A DNA stretch of 64,000 nt from Lama glama (Eukaryota), in NCBI GenBank assembly GCA_028534125.1, contig CM052817.1, positions 90,584,001-90,648,000 of the forward strand, in the 5' to 3' direction. Under the pieces are notes generated by a model. The model had not been told where the DNA came from and searched no databases. It was given only the letters and a program-made list of their open reading frames with translations. Positions within the stretch are counted from its first letter, which is position 1, and the number at the start of each line of letters is the position of its first letter. The translations under genes and the position numbers were made by a program. Positions 14,401-29,187 of this stretch are shown in pieces.

Positions 14401-17400
14401 CATGGAAATTAGCAGGTTGATAATCAACATATGCCAGTGAAAAATATCTGTAACCAAGTTCAAAGAAGTTGTAAATTTCTCATTGTATTTTATATGAATT
14501 CTGTTTAAAGACATTATAGATGAGATTTATGCATCTGGTGAAAAGCTAGATTACATAGTGTCCAAGGTCCCCCTTTAGTTTTGAAATTCTTTGATTTTAT
14601 CATCATACCACTTATGGTCTCTTATTATATGGATAATTAAGGGAAACAGAAGCACAGGGCAGAATTAAACCAGCCACTATTGCTGCTCCTAAGACAAGTT
14701 TATGATTCTTGACTCAAAATATAAACTTCAATAAAACTAAAATTCAAACTTAGAAACAACTAACATAAAAGGATGTAAAACAGTCAAAAGCATTGACCTT
14801 CAAATTTTTGCCTCATAATGGGGTTAGAATCCTTAAAATTTAAAAAAAAATCTAAATGTCTTCCACAAAGCACTTGAAGGATTAGTATCTGTCTTCTTTG
14901 ATTATTGCCTGATAAAATATTATAACATAATCTTATAATTTCTGCACCACTTATTTGACACTTCAGCCTTACATGAACAAACTGTGTTTGAGCCAAATGT
15001 ATTTTTTATGCATATGTGAAGCTGAGAAATGCAAGAATTTTGATTCCAGGGTACATCAATCTCATGTTCCATTAGTGAGGAATTTTCAGACTGCTCAAAG
15101 GCAAGGAAGAGTAACTTGGTGACCTTGTTCTCTGAACACAGAATCATCACTTCTTGTGTCTTTTGGACGAATAGTGATCTTTTGTCTGCCTCAGTGGCTC
15201 AAACAGTGTAATTATACTCCTATCGCAAAATATATTTTAAAATGGATTTGCCAAACTTTTTATATATATTTCCAGAAGAAAGGCACAAAATAGAAGGATT
15301 TTAATTTAGGTTTTAATTATTTCAACAACTGAAGAGAAACACTGTCATGTATTAAGATAACTCTAGCAATACCTTGTCATTAATAAAGAGATGCTTCATT
15401 CTGACAAATCTTTGTAAACTTGGGTATAAATGCAATTTTACAAATAACTTTGTTAGGAGACACCATTTTTTAAGCAATTCATTTGGCAAATACTTTCACA
15501 AATTAACTTTGCTTAATAATTCTTATTTTTCTATATATGTTTATTTACAGTGAGGTAACTTTCTGAGAAAATTAGTTTACATAGCTTAAGAACATACAGC
15601 ACTTGAGTATTGGTAAAAGGTGCTTTGGAAATATTCTAAGAATGTAGGTAGCATTATTTTGCAACAAAAAGATCACAAAATATAACACTGCTGTAATCTG
15701 CATATATATAGTCAAGACATTATATGCTATTTTCTAGCAACTGTTACGTTAGAAACCTATAAAGCATACAGAGAGGAAGATTTCTCTCATAGAAAACTGC
15801 ATCCTTAAAATACCAAAATAATGCAAGATAAAAGACTTCAAGTCAATTTTTAATGTTTTTTCATGTAACTGCTACAGCTCATTTGGGTAAGATTTTTAAA
15901 TTATTTCTGTTTTGCTATGTTTTTAATCAGGTTAATTTTATATGCCGTGTAAGAAATAGGCCTTTAAAAACAGTATAATATTATTAATAATCGCCTTCAC
16001 TCTGGCTTAATACAAGTCAATAAAGATAAAAGCACATATACCAAAAATTTAAGACTGCAACATCTGAACTGAGTGTAAGTAATGTAATTGTGGACCATTT
16101 ATGGACCACTCTGATTGATCACATCACCTTAAAGGTCTTTGGGCATTTTTCCCAAATCAAATCTCTTTTCTTCTAAGTTATCATTGGTACAAGGTGCAAT
16201 GACTTTCAGACATCAATTAATATAAATTGGAAGCAGGTAAAGTATTAATTAAACATGACACTCTGATTATTTAAACCTTCTATTAAAGTTGATAATTCAG
16301 AGCATGTTGATAGCCTGCTCTTCAACAATGACTGATGGTATTAGCTTTACTGACTCCCTCCAAGTCTACTGTTTCCAACTCTTCAGAACAGAAGGAATAA
16401 ATGAAGTGAGAAGAACACGGGAACAAGTCTAATAGACAAACTGACTAATCTCAGACCCCCAAGGTCAAAGTAAAGTAATCCATTTCTTGGCTTTCATCAA
16501 CACAAGACATGATTTATCAATCCGAGAGCAGGATTACAAACATTATACATCTCAATGATATGTTCTCTGCACCGTGTGACTTTTTGAACAATGACAGATT
16601 GCATGGCCACCACAAAAGTAACATCATAGGGCAAAACCCATTATATTTGCAAACAAAAACATTTTGATTTTTAAGAACAAATTAGCATATATTACCACTA
16701 CACATTTCATTTGGGGTGGAAATGGCATTTTAAAATTCACATATTCCTTGGGATTCTATTACCTTCATGGTCCAAACTTTGGACATTCATGCTCCTCAAA
16801 ACAATATTCTTACTCTAACGTATATCATTTGCGGGGCCAGTCACCATGCTATAAATAATTATTAAATGGAATAGTTTTATATTACTACAAAATTTCAATG
16901 GGAACCATGGCATTTTCACATAAAAATGTTAAATGCCTCTTAAAGAATTACTACTCCCATAGATCCAAAGCTACTCCTGGAGAAGAAAATATAAATTATA
17001 AGAATGACCATAGGAACATTTTTTTAACATTATAGATGTAATCATATAACAGGAATTTTGCCCAGAATTTCAGGATTAGTGATTTACAAGCTTTAAAAAA
17101 TAGGTAAGACTTAAGAGACGAAAGAAGTCAGGAGCTAATTATTTTGCCACCATTAATCTCTCCGTTTCTCTCTCGCTTGTTACATTAAGGAATTGTTCTA
17201 TAAGTCATACTCATGATAGCAGCTTGGAAATTATTCCATAGAGTAATGTTAGCTAATTTGAAAGATTTCCACTAAAATTAAAGTATATGTAAAGGGTACC
17301 CAATTGTGATCATGAAACCTTATTCTACATACTATATATTTTAAATCACATTGGTATTTTACCTGATCTAAATTAATGATCCCTTTTTCAATTAGGTCAC

Positions 17401-20400
17401 AATTTTAGGGAAATTTAATTGCTGAGATTGAGAAGGATAGTAAAAAGTTTTGTATCTTCAGCTGCTGATTCATTTCGCCAGCTGCCAGGACACTGCACGC
17501 TATAGTACACCTGGACGCATGCACCCGTGACTGATTGGGAAACACATTTATCTTGGCACGTCACAAAGGAGGTGGAAGTAGAATTATTCTCCCTGGTAAC
17601 TAAAGGTATTTTGGAGCTGTGTCTCCCCACAAAATAATACAAATTACACATCTGGACTAGGTCCACGTAATTTTACCATCTGTCATCCATATTCAACCAT
17701 CAATTGTTTCCAAAGCATTCTCTGTGTTTAAAAAAATAAGATTTTGTTTTAAAAGAACTGGACTAATTGTCAACATTTCAGGGAAATGTTATTTTAAAAA
17801 TTTAAGACATTGAATAAATTGCTCAAAACCCTGAATTTCCTTGGTTGATTAATATATAGTACAAACTTAACCTTTACTTTCCATTAAGGGGATTTTATAG
17901 ATTTCTCATATTCTGAGAAAACAAATGTGCTGTCTGAGTTTTATACAGAATCCTCCATGCAAAAATTGATTATCTGAGTACCTAATATAAAAGAACAAAA
18001 AGGGATCAGAGGTTTCTTTCTTCAGGTTGTCCTAAGAGTTACTTATTTTCCTGACCTAAAAATCCAGAAATTTGTAATCTCTCCTGAGAAGTTCCTTAGT
18101 TTGAGAGCTCAAAATATAATTTTATTAAAAGTATTCCAGGAATATATAATGAAATCTGCAGAATCATGGTTTCCAGAAAATGAAAATACTTCATCCAATG
18201 TAAGCAGTGATAACAATCTCAGCCTTAATCTTATAGATCAGGCTTCAATATGGTGTGAAATAATTTTGTCATGTTTCTTTCAAAAACACTGAAGAAAGAG
18301 AATTGCTTAGGATATTGAAACCTAGGAAACACTCTTATGTTACAGTTTACTTTGTTCCCAAAATAAAGATATCATAATCATAGCAACAACCAATTATGTA
18401 GAGATTAAAAAATACGTCACTAATCTATGCATTTTACACATATTAACTGATTTCCACAACTCAGGGAGGTAGGTGCTATTATTATTCTTACTTTTTTGAG
18501 ATAAGGAAATTTCTTTGCAATTAGAAACAAAACCACAACCATAACCACAACAAAAACACTGAAGCAATACATCACGATTCTTTAGTATTTGTATATAAAT
18601 TGATCATGGACATTATCAATGTGTGAAATTAAGGCTCCTAAATTAAGAAAGAGAAAGAAGGAAAGAGAGAATCCTTGATGGCCATATGACTCAGGTAGAA
18701 TGCATCAAAACTCAGATCAAATTAATAATAGCATAAATAGTTTTAAATATGCTTAATATACACAGGAATATTACAGTATGTATTACAAACAAAATCTATG
18801 CACAAACTGTTAAATAACATTAAAAGAGAATGTGAACTATTTCTATGCCACTGATGTATCATAGACGTCACATTATAGGTCACATCCACAAAACTACAGT
18901 CTGCCATTCTTTTCATAAGAAACACTCTCTGATACTGGATTTTAGTAATTGGTCTCTTTAAAATGTTTTTAGGCTTAAAAGGAACAGTCATAAACCATAG
19001 TAATCTCTTTCCCACAATGGAATTCAATAAATACTTTAAAGAAAAGAGGAGTCTTTCCTCTGCATTGCCACCTACACACTAATTATTCTCAAAAATAAAA
19101 GACAAGGCAACCTATTTATCTCTGTAATCATAATGTAGTTTACCATTTCAAAGTAATGCCAGAAACAACTAGTTCCTGGTAAATGTATGTTCTCTACCAC
19201 AATTCCAGTTGTAAATATGAAACACTGTTATAAATTTATCATATTTCTCAATAAAACAAACTTTTCTCATGTTTAAATTGCAGAGTGTTTGTATAAAAGT
19301 TAAATCGGATAGTATGAGACATCATTTTAGCCTAACTTCTGGTTTGTGTGCTCAAAATTCTCACAACCCTGGTACTTGGCCAGATCTAATCAGCTTACTA
19401 CCTTCCAACATACTTGGTGCCAGAATTTTAGTCCACCTTAGTTTGAATTAAGGCATGGTCTCTGATGTCCTGTCTACTTCTTACTCACTCACCTCTATAC
19501 TTGTTTCCCTTTCATGGAGGTCTGTCCCCTCTTCTCTCCCATTCTCTCTCTCTCCTGTATTTATCTAAGGAACACCTACTCATCATCTGAGACTCTATGT
19601 AAGCAACGTCTCCCTGGAGAGAGTTAAATATTTCCTCCTTTCGTCTCTGTCAAACTAGGAAAGTAACCTAATATGGTATCAATCACACTATGTTACAATT
19701 ATTTGCACATTTGACTCAACGACTAGACAATTCTTGAATACAAGCCTTACTCCTCATGTAAAATGACACACAATAGTTAGAACTTGGTAGTTGTTTAATA
19801 AAATTAAGATGAACTAAACAACTTCAAGAATCTGTCTATATCTTACTCTGTACTACTTAAAAATTTCCCTCTTCTGGCCACAGATTACATGATTTTCCTG
19901 TAAAAAATCAGGTTTTTACACAAACAATAAAAATACTTCATTTTTCAAAGTTCTAGGTTAAAAAAAATTCATGTTTAAACATGAAGTCATTATCAACTCA
20001 TCTAATCATCAAAAGGATCACTAACCACAAAAAACTTTTACAAGCAATCGTCCAGCTCCCAAAGTTTACAAGTCCCTAGAGTATCTGCAGTTATTTGAAG
20101 GCTTGTCCATTAATTGCCCACAATTGTATAGTTGTAACTAACTGTATAGTTACAAAAAACTCCTATGAGTTACTAGAAATAGTCAACTTTTGGAGTTCAC
20201 ATCTTATGGAACATCTGTGGGCAGCTGAGAGTCCATGTTAAATCGTACGTTTTTATGAAGTAGGTCACCTAAAATGCAACTCTATCCTTTTGTGCGTTCA
20301 GGTTACCAGATAATTTAGTATTGAAAGTAGAATATATAATACAGTTATTTACATCTAGTTTATGATAAAATTAAGTAAGTTTTACTTGCCCAAGAGAAGA

Positions 20401-20518
20401 TGATGACGATGGGAAAGTGAATTGGCCCACACTGTACTCCTTCGTTGTCTACTTCTTCAAATATATAACCTTACCTTTCACTCTTCATAAATATTGCAGA
20501 GTAAATATGGCTACTTAC

Positions 20519-20563
20519 TTTTCAGGATTTTCCACTTCTTCAGTAACAAAGTTGAGATAAAAC
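20519..20563 (-). CDS. SLC7A11: SLC7A11 exon 6 (45 nt)
   Basis: Acceptor tttttag|G, donor AA|gtaagt. Encodes FYLNFVTEEVENPEK in frame with exon 5. Confidence 0.98.
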
Positions 20564-20769
20564 CTAAAAAGATATAAATGCAGTACAAATGATCAATGTA
20601 TTTTATAATCATAATCCAAAATTTCAAATTTTAAGTATTTAAAATCAAATTTAGAATTATAAAAACTTTATAAACAACTAACCTAAGATGAAAATCTCCA
20701 ACATCAAAAGCTCCCACAAATCAGTTTTCTATTAAACAGTATTTGTGGAGTTCTTTGTTATTTCTTAAC

Positions 20770-21310
20770 ATTTTTATAGAGGTTTAACATATGAACAGTG
20801 AAGTGAACAAATCTTAATGTATAACCTGATGCATTTTTACATATTTATACATCTAAGTAACCAACAAAAATATCAAGAGACAAAACATTCCTCAAGGCCC
20901 TTCCAATCACTATCATCTCCTCCACCCTCACATAAATGCAACCACTATTCTGACTTTTACCACTATAGGTTAGTTTTGCTTATTTCATCACAATAGACTA
21001 ATATTTGCTTGTACAACTATTATACAATACTTATTCTTATGTGTCTGGCTTTTTTGCTGGACTTCATGTTTGTGGGTCTCATCCATGTCGTTGTATGTAG
21101 CAGTAATTGATTTCTTTTTATTGTTGTTTTTCATTATATGAATGTAACACTGTATATTCTCTCATTGATGGACATTTTAATTACTTCCAATTTATAGCTA
21201 ATATGAATGCAGAAATCATAAGTATGCTTGTGCACGTCCTTTTGGGGACCATGCAATCATTTCTCTTGGGCATATACTCAGAATATGATCACTGGGTCAC
21301 AGAGTGGATG
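20770..21310 (-). mobile_element. Ancient L1 3' region (L1MC/L1ME-like)
   Basis: Reverse-strand L1 3' motifs (ACCACTATTCTGACTTT; CATCCATGTCGTTGTATGTAGCAGTA; TTGATGGACATTT). Confidence 0.75.
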
Positions 21311-22788
21311 TGTATTTACTATGACACTATTTTCTACCTTTTTTGCATGCTTATCAGCAATATATGAGATTGCCATGTGTTGGTCACTTGGGAAATAAAA
21401 GGAGAAAATCTATAATATCTCATCTCAAGGAGCTCATAGTCCATGAAATAGTCCATAGAATCATGTGACACGCAGGCACAGGAGGCTGTGCTGGAGCATG
21501 CCCAGGGTACCACGGGAGCCAGAGGTGAGGTCAGACCCCCAGACTGACAGTCAGGGAAGGTTTTCAAAAGGAAGCATCACCCAAGTCGAGTCTTCTAAAA
21601 TGCTTAACATTTAGCCCTGGTGAAGTGGTGTGAGGACACTCCAGATGGAGTGTAGCACACAAGCACGGGGGTGTGATAAAATGCTGTGCATGGGGGTGTG
21701 AGCAAGAGTTGAGTATTCTGCAGCACAGAATACTGGGGGAAGTGAGAACACAATGTAAGTACAAGATGGCCTCTGGCTTCTGGGAATCCAGATTTTAGTA
21801 GCAGTAACATGTCAATCAAAACTTGTAAGACAAGAGAAGTATGACAATAGCATTTGCCCTGGATTTAGACACAAAGGGTGAGTAGAAAATGAAAATGGGA
21901 TAAAAGATAATCAATTCTCAATTTGCACTTCTTCTTTGCAAGTCACTGTTTTCCAGGATGCATCCTGCCCAAATAACCTCAAGTCATAAGGCAACTGTAC
22001 CTTATGCAAAACAGCAACTATGAAATTGCTATTTTTCGTTTTTGTATATTTAGGCAGCTAATTTTAGACCCATTGTTTGTCATTATACTCTAAGTTGATA
22101 ACTAAGCAGCAGAACATTTTGAATACTTCCCCTGAGCCCTGAACACTTCTGTGGGTCTCGCACATGACAAGAAGCATCCTAGGCGCACAATCAAGCTCTG
22201 CAGGAGCTCAAATACTACCTCACGTTACGGCCCTAGAGAGATTCAGATTCCTTTCCTTCACTTGGTGAGTCTACTCGTCCCACCCAGGGATGTCTACTGC
22301 CTTGCATCCTTGACTTCTTTTTCCAGTCTAAAGGGATTGCTGGAGACCTTTTAAAACCCTTGAAGTTCTTTTTCAAGGTTCTAAGATGTAAGATTGAGGC
22401 AGACTCCTCAAATAAGCATATAGAGATAACTGGATCATGAAGATGAGAAAACTAAGGGGTCGCCCCAGAGAGAGACAGACATGAAGACAAAGACCTTTCT
22501 ACCTCTTCACTGTATAGGCTCAGGAAATTTTCACAAAGTAATGAAGTCATCTTTTCAATATACTCTTCTGTGTTCTTACTATTCCTTAGAAGGTAAATTA
22601 GCCATCATATAAGTACACAGACATACGGGTCTATAGGTACAAATTCTCAAAAACCAAATGGCTGGAATATTAGCCCATCATCCTTTATACTTAAAGCATT
22701 TCATAACTTGAAGATGAGAAAACCTGTCTTATTCCATCTTTATAAAAACTCCATCTAAATTCACAAGTAGGCAGTTGATGCTCATGGT

Positions 22789-23181
22789 TGTAAAAAAATA
22801 CAAGACAACTACCCCAAGATGGAGTCACTTATGTTAAGCCTCACATCACCAAACCAAAACTTCACTCATGTAAAGTTTCAGATCTCCCAGAAATGGAATC
22901 TTGAGCCAGTCAATTAGGAATTGCACCATTTAGATAATCTGCCTGACAGACTCTGCCATCCTCTAAATGACAATGACTTTGCAATAACCAATCTGGTGGG
23001 TTTTTTCTTTTTTGTGCTTATGCCTTTCTTGTTCCCTGACCACTTCTGCCTATAAAAGTCTTCCAATTTTGTACAGCTCCCCAGAGCTCCCTTCTACCTG
23101 CTAGATGGGATGCTGCCAAACCAAATCAATTTTTGCTCAAACTCTTAAAAATTTTAATATCCCTCAGTTTATCTTTTAAGA
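22789..23181 (+). mobile_element. Old solo ERV1 LTR (MER34/MER39-like)
   Basis: CAAGATGGAGTC near the start, CCAAT boxes, TATAAAA near 23051, and a 3' end AAAATTTTAATATCCCTCAGTTTATCTTTTAA typical of this group. Boundaries approximate. Confidence 0.7.
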
Positions 23182-26100
23182 AAGCTAAGGTGTCTAATAT
23201 TTTAAGGACTCTGTTCTAAGTAGAAACATTTGAATATCTGAGAGAACAGTAGCAATAAAGGTGACCAAAAAGTGAGCAGCCAAGGGTATTTTTTAATGAC
23301 TAGAAAGTAAGTTGCTAAAAATAGAGGTTGTAGTTATATCAGCAAGGCAAGCAACAATCAATACTTATATCTGGAATATGCGCTCGGAGGGATTTGATGT
23401 GTTGGTTCTAAGCCCAAGGCAATGGGAAGTACAGGAAGAAAACGGAAAAAACCAAACCAAACAAACAAAGAAACACAAAAAGACCTCACAACCCCCCCAC
23501 ACACACACACATTTAGAAATATTTCTGGGCTTCTTGCTTCAAAAATAGTCAGTTCCTCCTAAACTGGTCTTTTCCAACAACGTTAAGACAGGAATGGAAA
23601 TATTTATGAAAAAAGAACCCAATTTCAAATATTTGCCACAGAGAAAAGGCAAGGGCTTGGGATAGGGCAGGGGAGTGGGAAGGAGAAAGCTGCTTATTTT
23701 GGTCCAAACATTCGCATCCTGTGGGAAATACACCGTTATGCTCTCCTGGTCTCCAGCAACGCGTCCAGAGATCCTCCTTGCTTTACATCTCCTCAAGTTC
23801 TCCAGAGAATGTTCACAAGATCTATTGTTCCAGCTTTTCCATGGTTGTGTAGAAAAAGCACTACAAAGCTGGCAATGCATTCCAATACCCAACGAGGTGA
23901 ATTATTTTAAAAAGAAGCTTATTTAGATGAGATCTGACACAATGCTACAAAATAATGCCAGCAGGTGTTTTAGAAAGACTAAACCCACTGAGGATAGGAT
24001 TTAAAAGGAAGAAAAAAAGACACCAAAAAAACTATTTTCTATCACACAGTTTAAAAAAAAAAAATCCCACCAAGCAATATTTAGCTTTGGATCAGGATAT
24101 GGGACTGAAATTGGTTGAGTTCCCCAGGTCCCCAGGGAGACTGGCAGACATATTTCTCTGAATGCGGACATTGGCAATAATATTAAAGTTGTTCTGACCC
24201 AGCTCTGTGACCTGGCTGGGTTAATGATTTCTTTCCCCCAATCATGTTTCTGTGAAGGAGTTTTCATCATTCGGAAAAGGTCCAGCACGCCTCACGGCCA
24301 AAAGCCTGCTCTATTCAGATCCAAGGTCTGGCAGTGTCTTTTTCCCATTCAACACGTAGAGGTTGACTCATTAACAGAACAAGGCCCTCAAAGAAAACAA
24401 AAAGGTCTTGCTGCTTTTACTTACCCTCTAGGTGGTTAAATTCTAAAGACAATAGCTGTTTCTGCCTTCTTATTTGCAATGTCCCTATACTACCCCCCCC
24501 CCCCACCGCATCAAACATTGTCAGGGCGGCAGCACAGGGAGTGGAGGCTCACTTACAGTGCCCCATTTATAATTCCACAACTCAGTCTTTAAATTCTATC
24601 ATGAAAGGCAAAGAGAGGTCAGAAAGGCAGGATCACATTTGGAAAGTGCCTAAATGGCCCCCCCCCCCCACTTTGGAAACTGTTTTAGCTCCCATCATGT
24701 TCCATTTATATCCAGATAGTAACTTTTCCTCTGCAACTCCAAACCAAAAGACAATTTCTTCTAAACACAGCTCCCTTTTTCTAAGACCGATGGCCATAGA
24801 TTAACAATCAGATTATTTCTACCCGTCCACAGAGCAGCATTTAGGTAGCCAAACAGCCTGTTAGAGAAGTACAGTTACCTATCTGTCCCCTACAGAAATC
24901 ACTTGTATCAGACAACATTCTGTTTAAAATCCTAGACTTAATTTCCCATTGAACCCTCCAGAATGTACGAAAATCAACAATTTCTCATTCTTTAAAATAG
25001 GGAGTGGACATGAGGATTCTATGGGTAAAAGTATAAATAAAGGTTCATGTAAATCTTATTTACCCTGTCAACAGAGGGTTGAAGAATAAATTTCTAGGCT
25101 CAAGATGGAGCCAATCAGACTCCAAATACCAAGCCAACATTGGGCTCTATACTTACTTCCTTGTTTCATATTCATTTTCTGTTTTTCTCTTCTTTGTTCC
25201 TTAGTCCTCATGCTATTAAAGCTTCCTGTCCTCCACTCTATTTTGCTGTTCTTTGGACTTTTGTTTGTATCACCTAAATTGTCATTTTAAATCATTTTAA
25301 CAACAGTAACATTTTGGGTTCAGCATCAATAAAACTAAATATTAAGATAAGAACATAATTCAAAATGAAAAGAGTCTTTGTACTGGGAGAAATCTACCAG
25401 CCCTTGAAAGCCTACAGAAGTGGAGAAGATTTGCTCTACATAAAGCAGGTGACCTGAATATTCAGCACTTGTAGTAGGCGAGGGAGTTGGGGGGAAGAGT
25501 ATTTTAAGATTCCGTGGGAACAGATGCATGGGTACTCACAGGCAAAAGAAACTTCATTCAATAGAATTAATCAAATCTCCCTTGTGAATATCTCCACATT
25601 CCACACTCCTGATTGAACACTGCCGAGCTCCCAACACTTGGCTCTGCCTGAAAGCCTTTTGCCACCTCCCTGCTTCACCCTGGCATCTCCTGGTGACCCT
25701 CCCAGTGCTTGGCTGTTGCCCCAGGGTGTCAGGGCTCTGATCCAGGCTGAAAAGCCACAGAACAGATGACTCTGCTGCTAACCCTGTGATCACAACTCTG
25801 TTCTTTATTCCGCTCAGCACTACATTGTGCTTTGGACAAAAATATAAAGACTTCAGAAATACTGAGTGATACGAGACTAATGCTCACAGACAATGGCTAT
25901 CAAAATATTCCGAGAATGCACAAATATTTCACACTAGACTTCTGAGAGCAACAATCTTCTAAGAACTTCAGACACTTTGCTTCAAAAGCCATGTTAAAAT
26001 TTTTAGTTCCTGTCCTCTCCTGATCCTCCTCTAGTGCTAAATTTCCATAATCCAATCAGATTACTAGGGTAAAACCTCCATTTATTTTGAAATATATTTT

Positions 26101-27189
26101 TATATTCCATGCATTTGCTGGAAGGTAAGAGCCTAAAAATTAAAGAACAAAAGGAAATTGTACTTGTGTTTGAAATGCACTTATATGATTTTTGAGCTAG
26201 TGTGGTTTGTTATTATTTTTAGGTTCATACAACATTCTCACAGCTAACACTGTACAACCACTAGCTCTATAAATACTAAAAAAGATATATTGCTACCAAT
26301 TACTCCAAAACAGTGAAATTTAATTTTCTTACAATTATTTTGATGTTTAAATAACACTATTCTTCCTACTGGGCTTTCTCCCAACAGTCACCTCAACTAA
26401 ATTTTACTAGATCAATAAAATTTAATTAGGAAGAAATCCCACTCACAGACATGATTATTGTTATTCAAGTTCCTGAACAAAGCAAGACAAAAATACAAAG
26501 TTTTAATGCTTCATCCAGAAAGGTATCACAGTTGAATCTGCATTCAAGGAAACGTACCTGAAGCCGAGTGATTTTATTCATCTTTGCTGCGCATTTTGTT
26601 TTCAAATGCTGAGGAAATTTTAAGGAATTTGTAAGGTCCTTTCAATCATTAACAGAGAATCTAGCACACCTGATTTCATCATCCTGGTTTCTCCTTCCTG
26701 CCTTTAGAGTACCATTTTACCTCTTGGAAACGTCTTACTTATTTCTATACCTGAACAGTTTCTTTCTCATGGGAAGGTGGAGAAAATCAATCAATCACTA
26801 TTTGTATACACCCTTGGAGCTTCAGTTGGAAAGCTTTTTGACAAGCAAAGACTAATCTTTAATTTCTTGTGGCACTATTATGCCCTTACTTATACATACT
26901 TATAAGTGATTTGTACTGGCTCATGAGACCCAGCATTTGTTTGTTTTTCATATTATCAGGCTAAATCCAGCAGTCACCTTGACTGGAAACCTGAATGATG
27001 TTGGTGTGAAGTCGTGTACGCAGTAATCAGCCTGGTGAAGGGAGCCGTGCCATCTTTCTCACTTCGTGTAAAGCGCATCGCACTGGATTATGGCTGTTCA
27101 CAGTTGCCCAGCACCTTGCTTGGCACTTGATCACAGTACTTGAAGGAATTAAGTATCCAAACCACCAGTTGACAGAGATAAAAACTTAC

Positions 27190-27289
27190 CAGCCAGCATA
27201 TGCATACATTCCATAATAAAAAGCCAGTGGCAATCCCATAATACTTGCATCTCTTCCTGAAAAGGCATCTTTAAAGTGTTGTGTTTGTC
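27190..27289 (-). CDS. SLC7A11: SLC7A11 exon 5 (100 nt)
   Basis: Acceptor ctcactgcag|GA, donor TG|gtaagt. Encodes [34 protein letters not shown]. Confidence 0.99.
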
Positions 27290-27829
27290 CTGCAGTGAGA
27301 ATAGAAAGATTTAGGACTTTTCAAAGAATTGGTTGTTATTCTTTCTTCAACCGTAAACACGAAGAGGGGAAGACAGAGTGGCTGGGGATGAACTACATAG
27401 AGTTTAGGTCCAGATTTCTTACTCTCTGCTCATTTCTAACTTTATCAATGCTGCACCCACACTAGAGAAGGAGTCCCCAAAGTATACTGATTACCACTAA
27501 CACAACTTCACTTTTCTTTTAATAAAATCATGGCAAAGAGGAAAATGGCATTTCAAACACAATCCCTTGTTTAAGCGTGCCTCTGCTCTTCACAGAGTTT
27601 TTGTCCACAAAAAAAGGCTAAAGGCTCTTCTGTAAAATCTAGTTTTTAGGAGTGTGATAGAATTCTTAAAAATGAAGATAATACAGTGCTTGGGAAGAAA
27701 TATTGAAGGGTCACTTCTCAATGAGGAGGTGGCATGAAACCCCAGAACCGCCTTCCTACATCATTTCACTTTCTACTTTCTGCTTTTCCCCTACAGTTCA
27801 TTAGATACCAAGAGGGGCTGGAAAGCCCT

Positions 27830-28050
27830 GTGGAACAGATCTGCTCCCACCCCCAAGCTTCTTCTGTAATCAAAGGTCTGTTGGAGCACAGCCAGGCCCA
27901 CTTATTTACTCATGACTGATACTATCAGTCTGTGGCTAATTTCCCTCTCCAACAGAACTGTATGATTTGGGAGAGACCACGTGGCACAAGAAGTTGAAAA
28001 CATTTACTCTCTGGCCATTTACAGAGGAAGTCCACTGACTGTTTCCTAGA
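27830..28050. mobile_element. MER58-like hAT-Charlie DNA transposon fragment
   Basis: TTGGAGCACAGCCAGGCCCACTTATTTAC...AAAACATTTACTCTCTGGCCATTTACAGA. Confidence 0.7.
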
Positions 28051-29187
28051 GAATGGCATGATTTCCTTCTAGAAACACTGAAAAGAAACTCTCCTGAACA
28101 CTAAAATAAATAGGTTTTAACAAATTTTGCATCAACATGTGGATTGAACACTTTTAGGCATCACATTTTTCTCCACTTTATAAATCATAATGGGACTTTT
28201 CTTGTGTATCTTTTGGATAATTAAAAAAACAGAAATTCAGATTTACTTTAGTCAACCAAGATTTAAAGTTAAGCATAAAATGTCTCCATTGCCCAAAGAA
28301 AATAGCAAATGAGATTACCCAAATGACAAATGTTTCAAAACTGGTCTTCACATATGTAAATAACAGAGGAAAAGGAGGTGGATGATAAATGAGATCCTCT
28401 CTCTTCACTCAAATCTGGTTTTGCCTGCATTGTCCAGAAGACAACATATGTATCAAAAAAAGGTAAGAGTTCTAAAACCAAAAATGGAGAATGCTGAGTT
28501 ATATACTAAATGATTTTCCCCTTGAAGCATCCAATTCCCAAATACAGTTCATTTTTTAAAATGATACCATCAATTCAGACATACTCATTTTACTAAAACA
28601 TCTCTAGGTCCTCATAAAAGGAAAATGTAAGTACTAGAACCCAGATAAAAAACTTCTGTTGAATATTACATTATCATGATCTGTGGTCTCCTTAGCCTTA
28701 AGTAACTATTCCTAAGAGTGTAGCACTGAAAAAATCTATGAAAGATACCAAATTTTGTAAAGACCAGATTCCTAGCACAGATCCTGAAATGGGCCATTTT
28801 GAGAGTGTTACAAAAGAAAGGCATTTCTAAGCTTTGGGAATATTTTGGCTGCATAACTGATCTCAAGAAGATCAAAGTCATTATATTCAAAGGAAAGTTT
28901 ATCAAATCCTCATAAGAGAATATATAACATATAGCCATTTTCTGGATTGGGTTATATTAGTAATAAATGCACAATGTGTATTAGTCAAATTTTCTCTTCC
29001 TAAAGTTTCATATTAATATGAAAAACAAGTGATAAATTATAAAGAAAATCATCATTTTATAGTAATAAATATTCCTGCTAAGAATGCTCTCCTAAATATG
29101 AAAATTTACTTTAAATGTGGTAAAACTCTCTTAGGTCATTTTTCTATTATGTGAGATACATAAGGAAATCTGGTCACATTAAAACTT

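Noticed and set aside
23312..24804. Cluster of 68-117-aa ORFs in intron 5 as a nested gene
   Set aside because: No homology or coherent splice pattern, and the lengths are as expected by chance.
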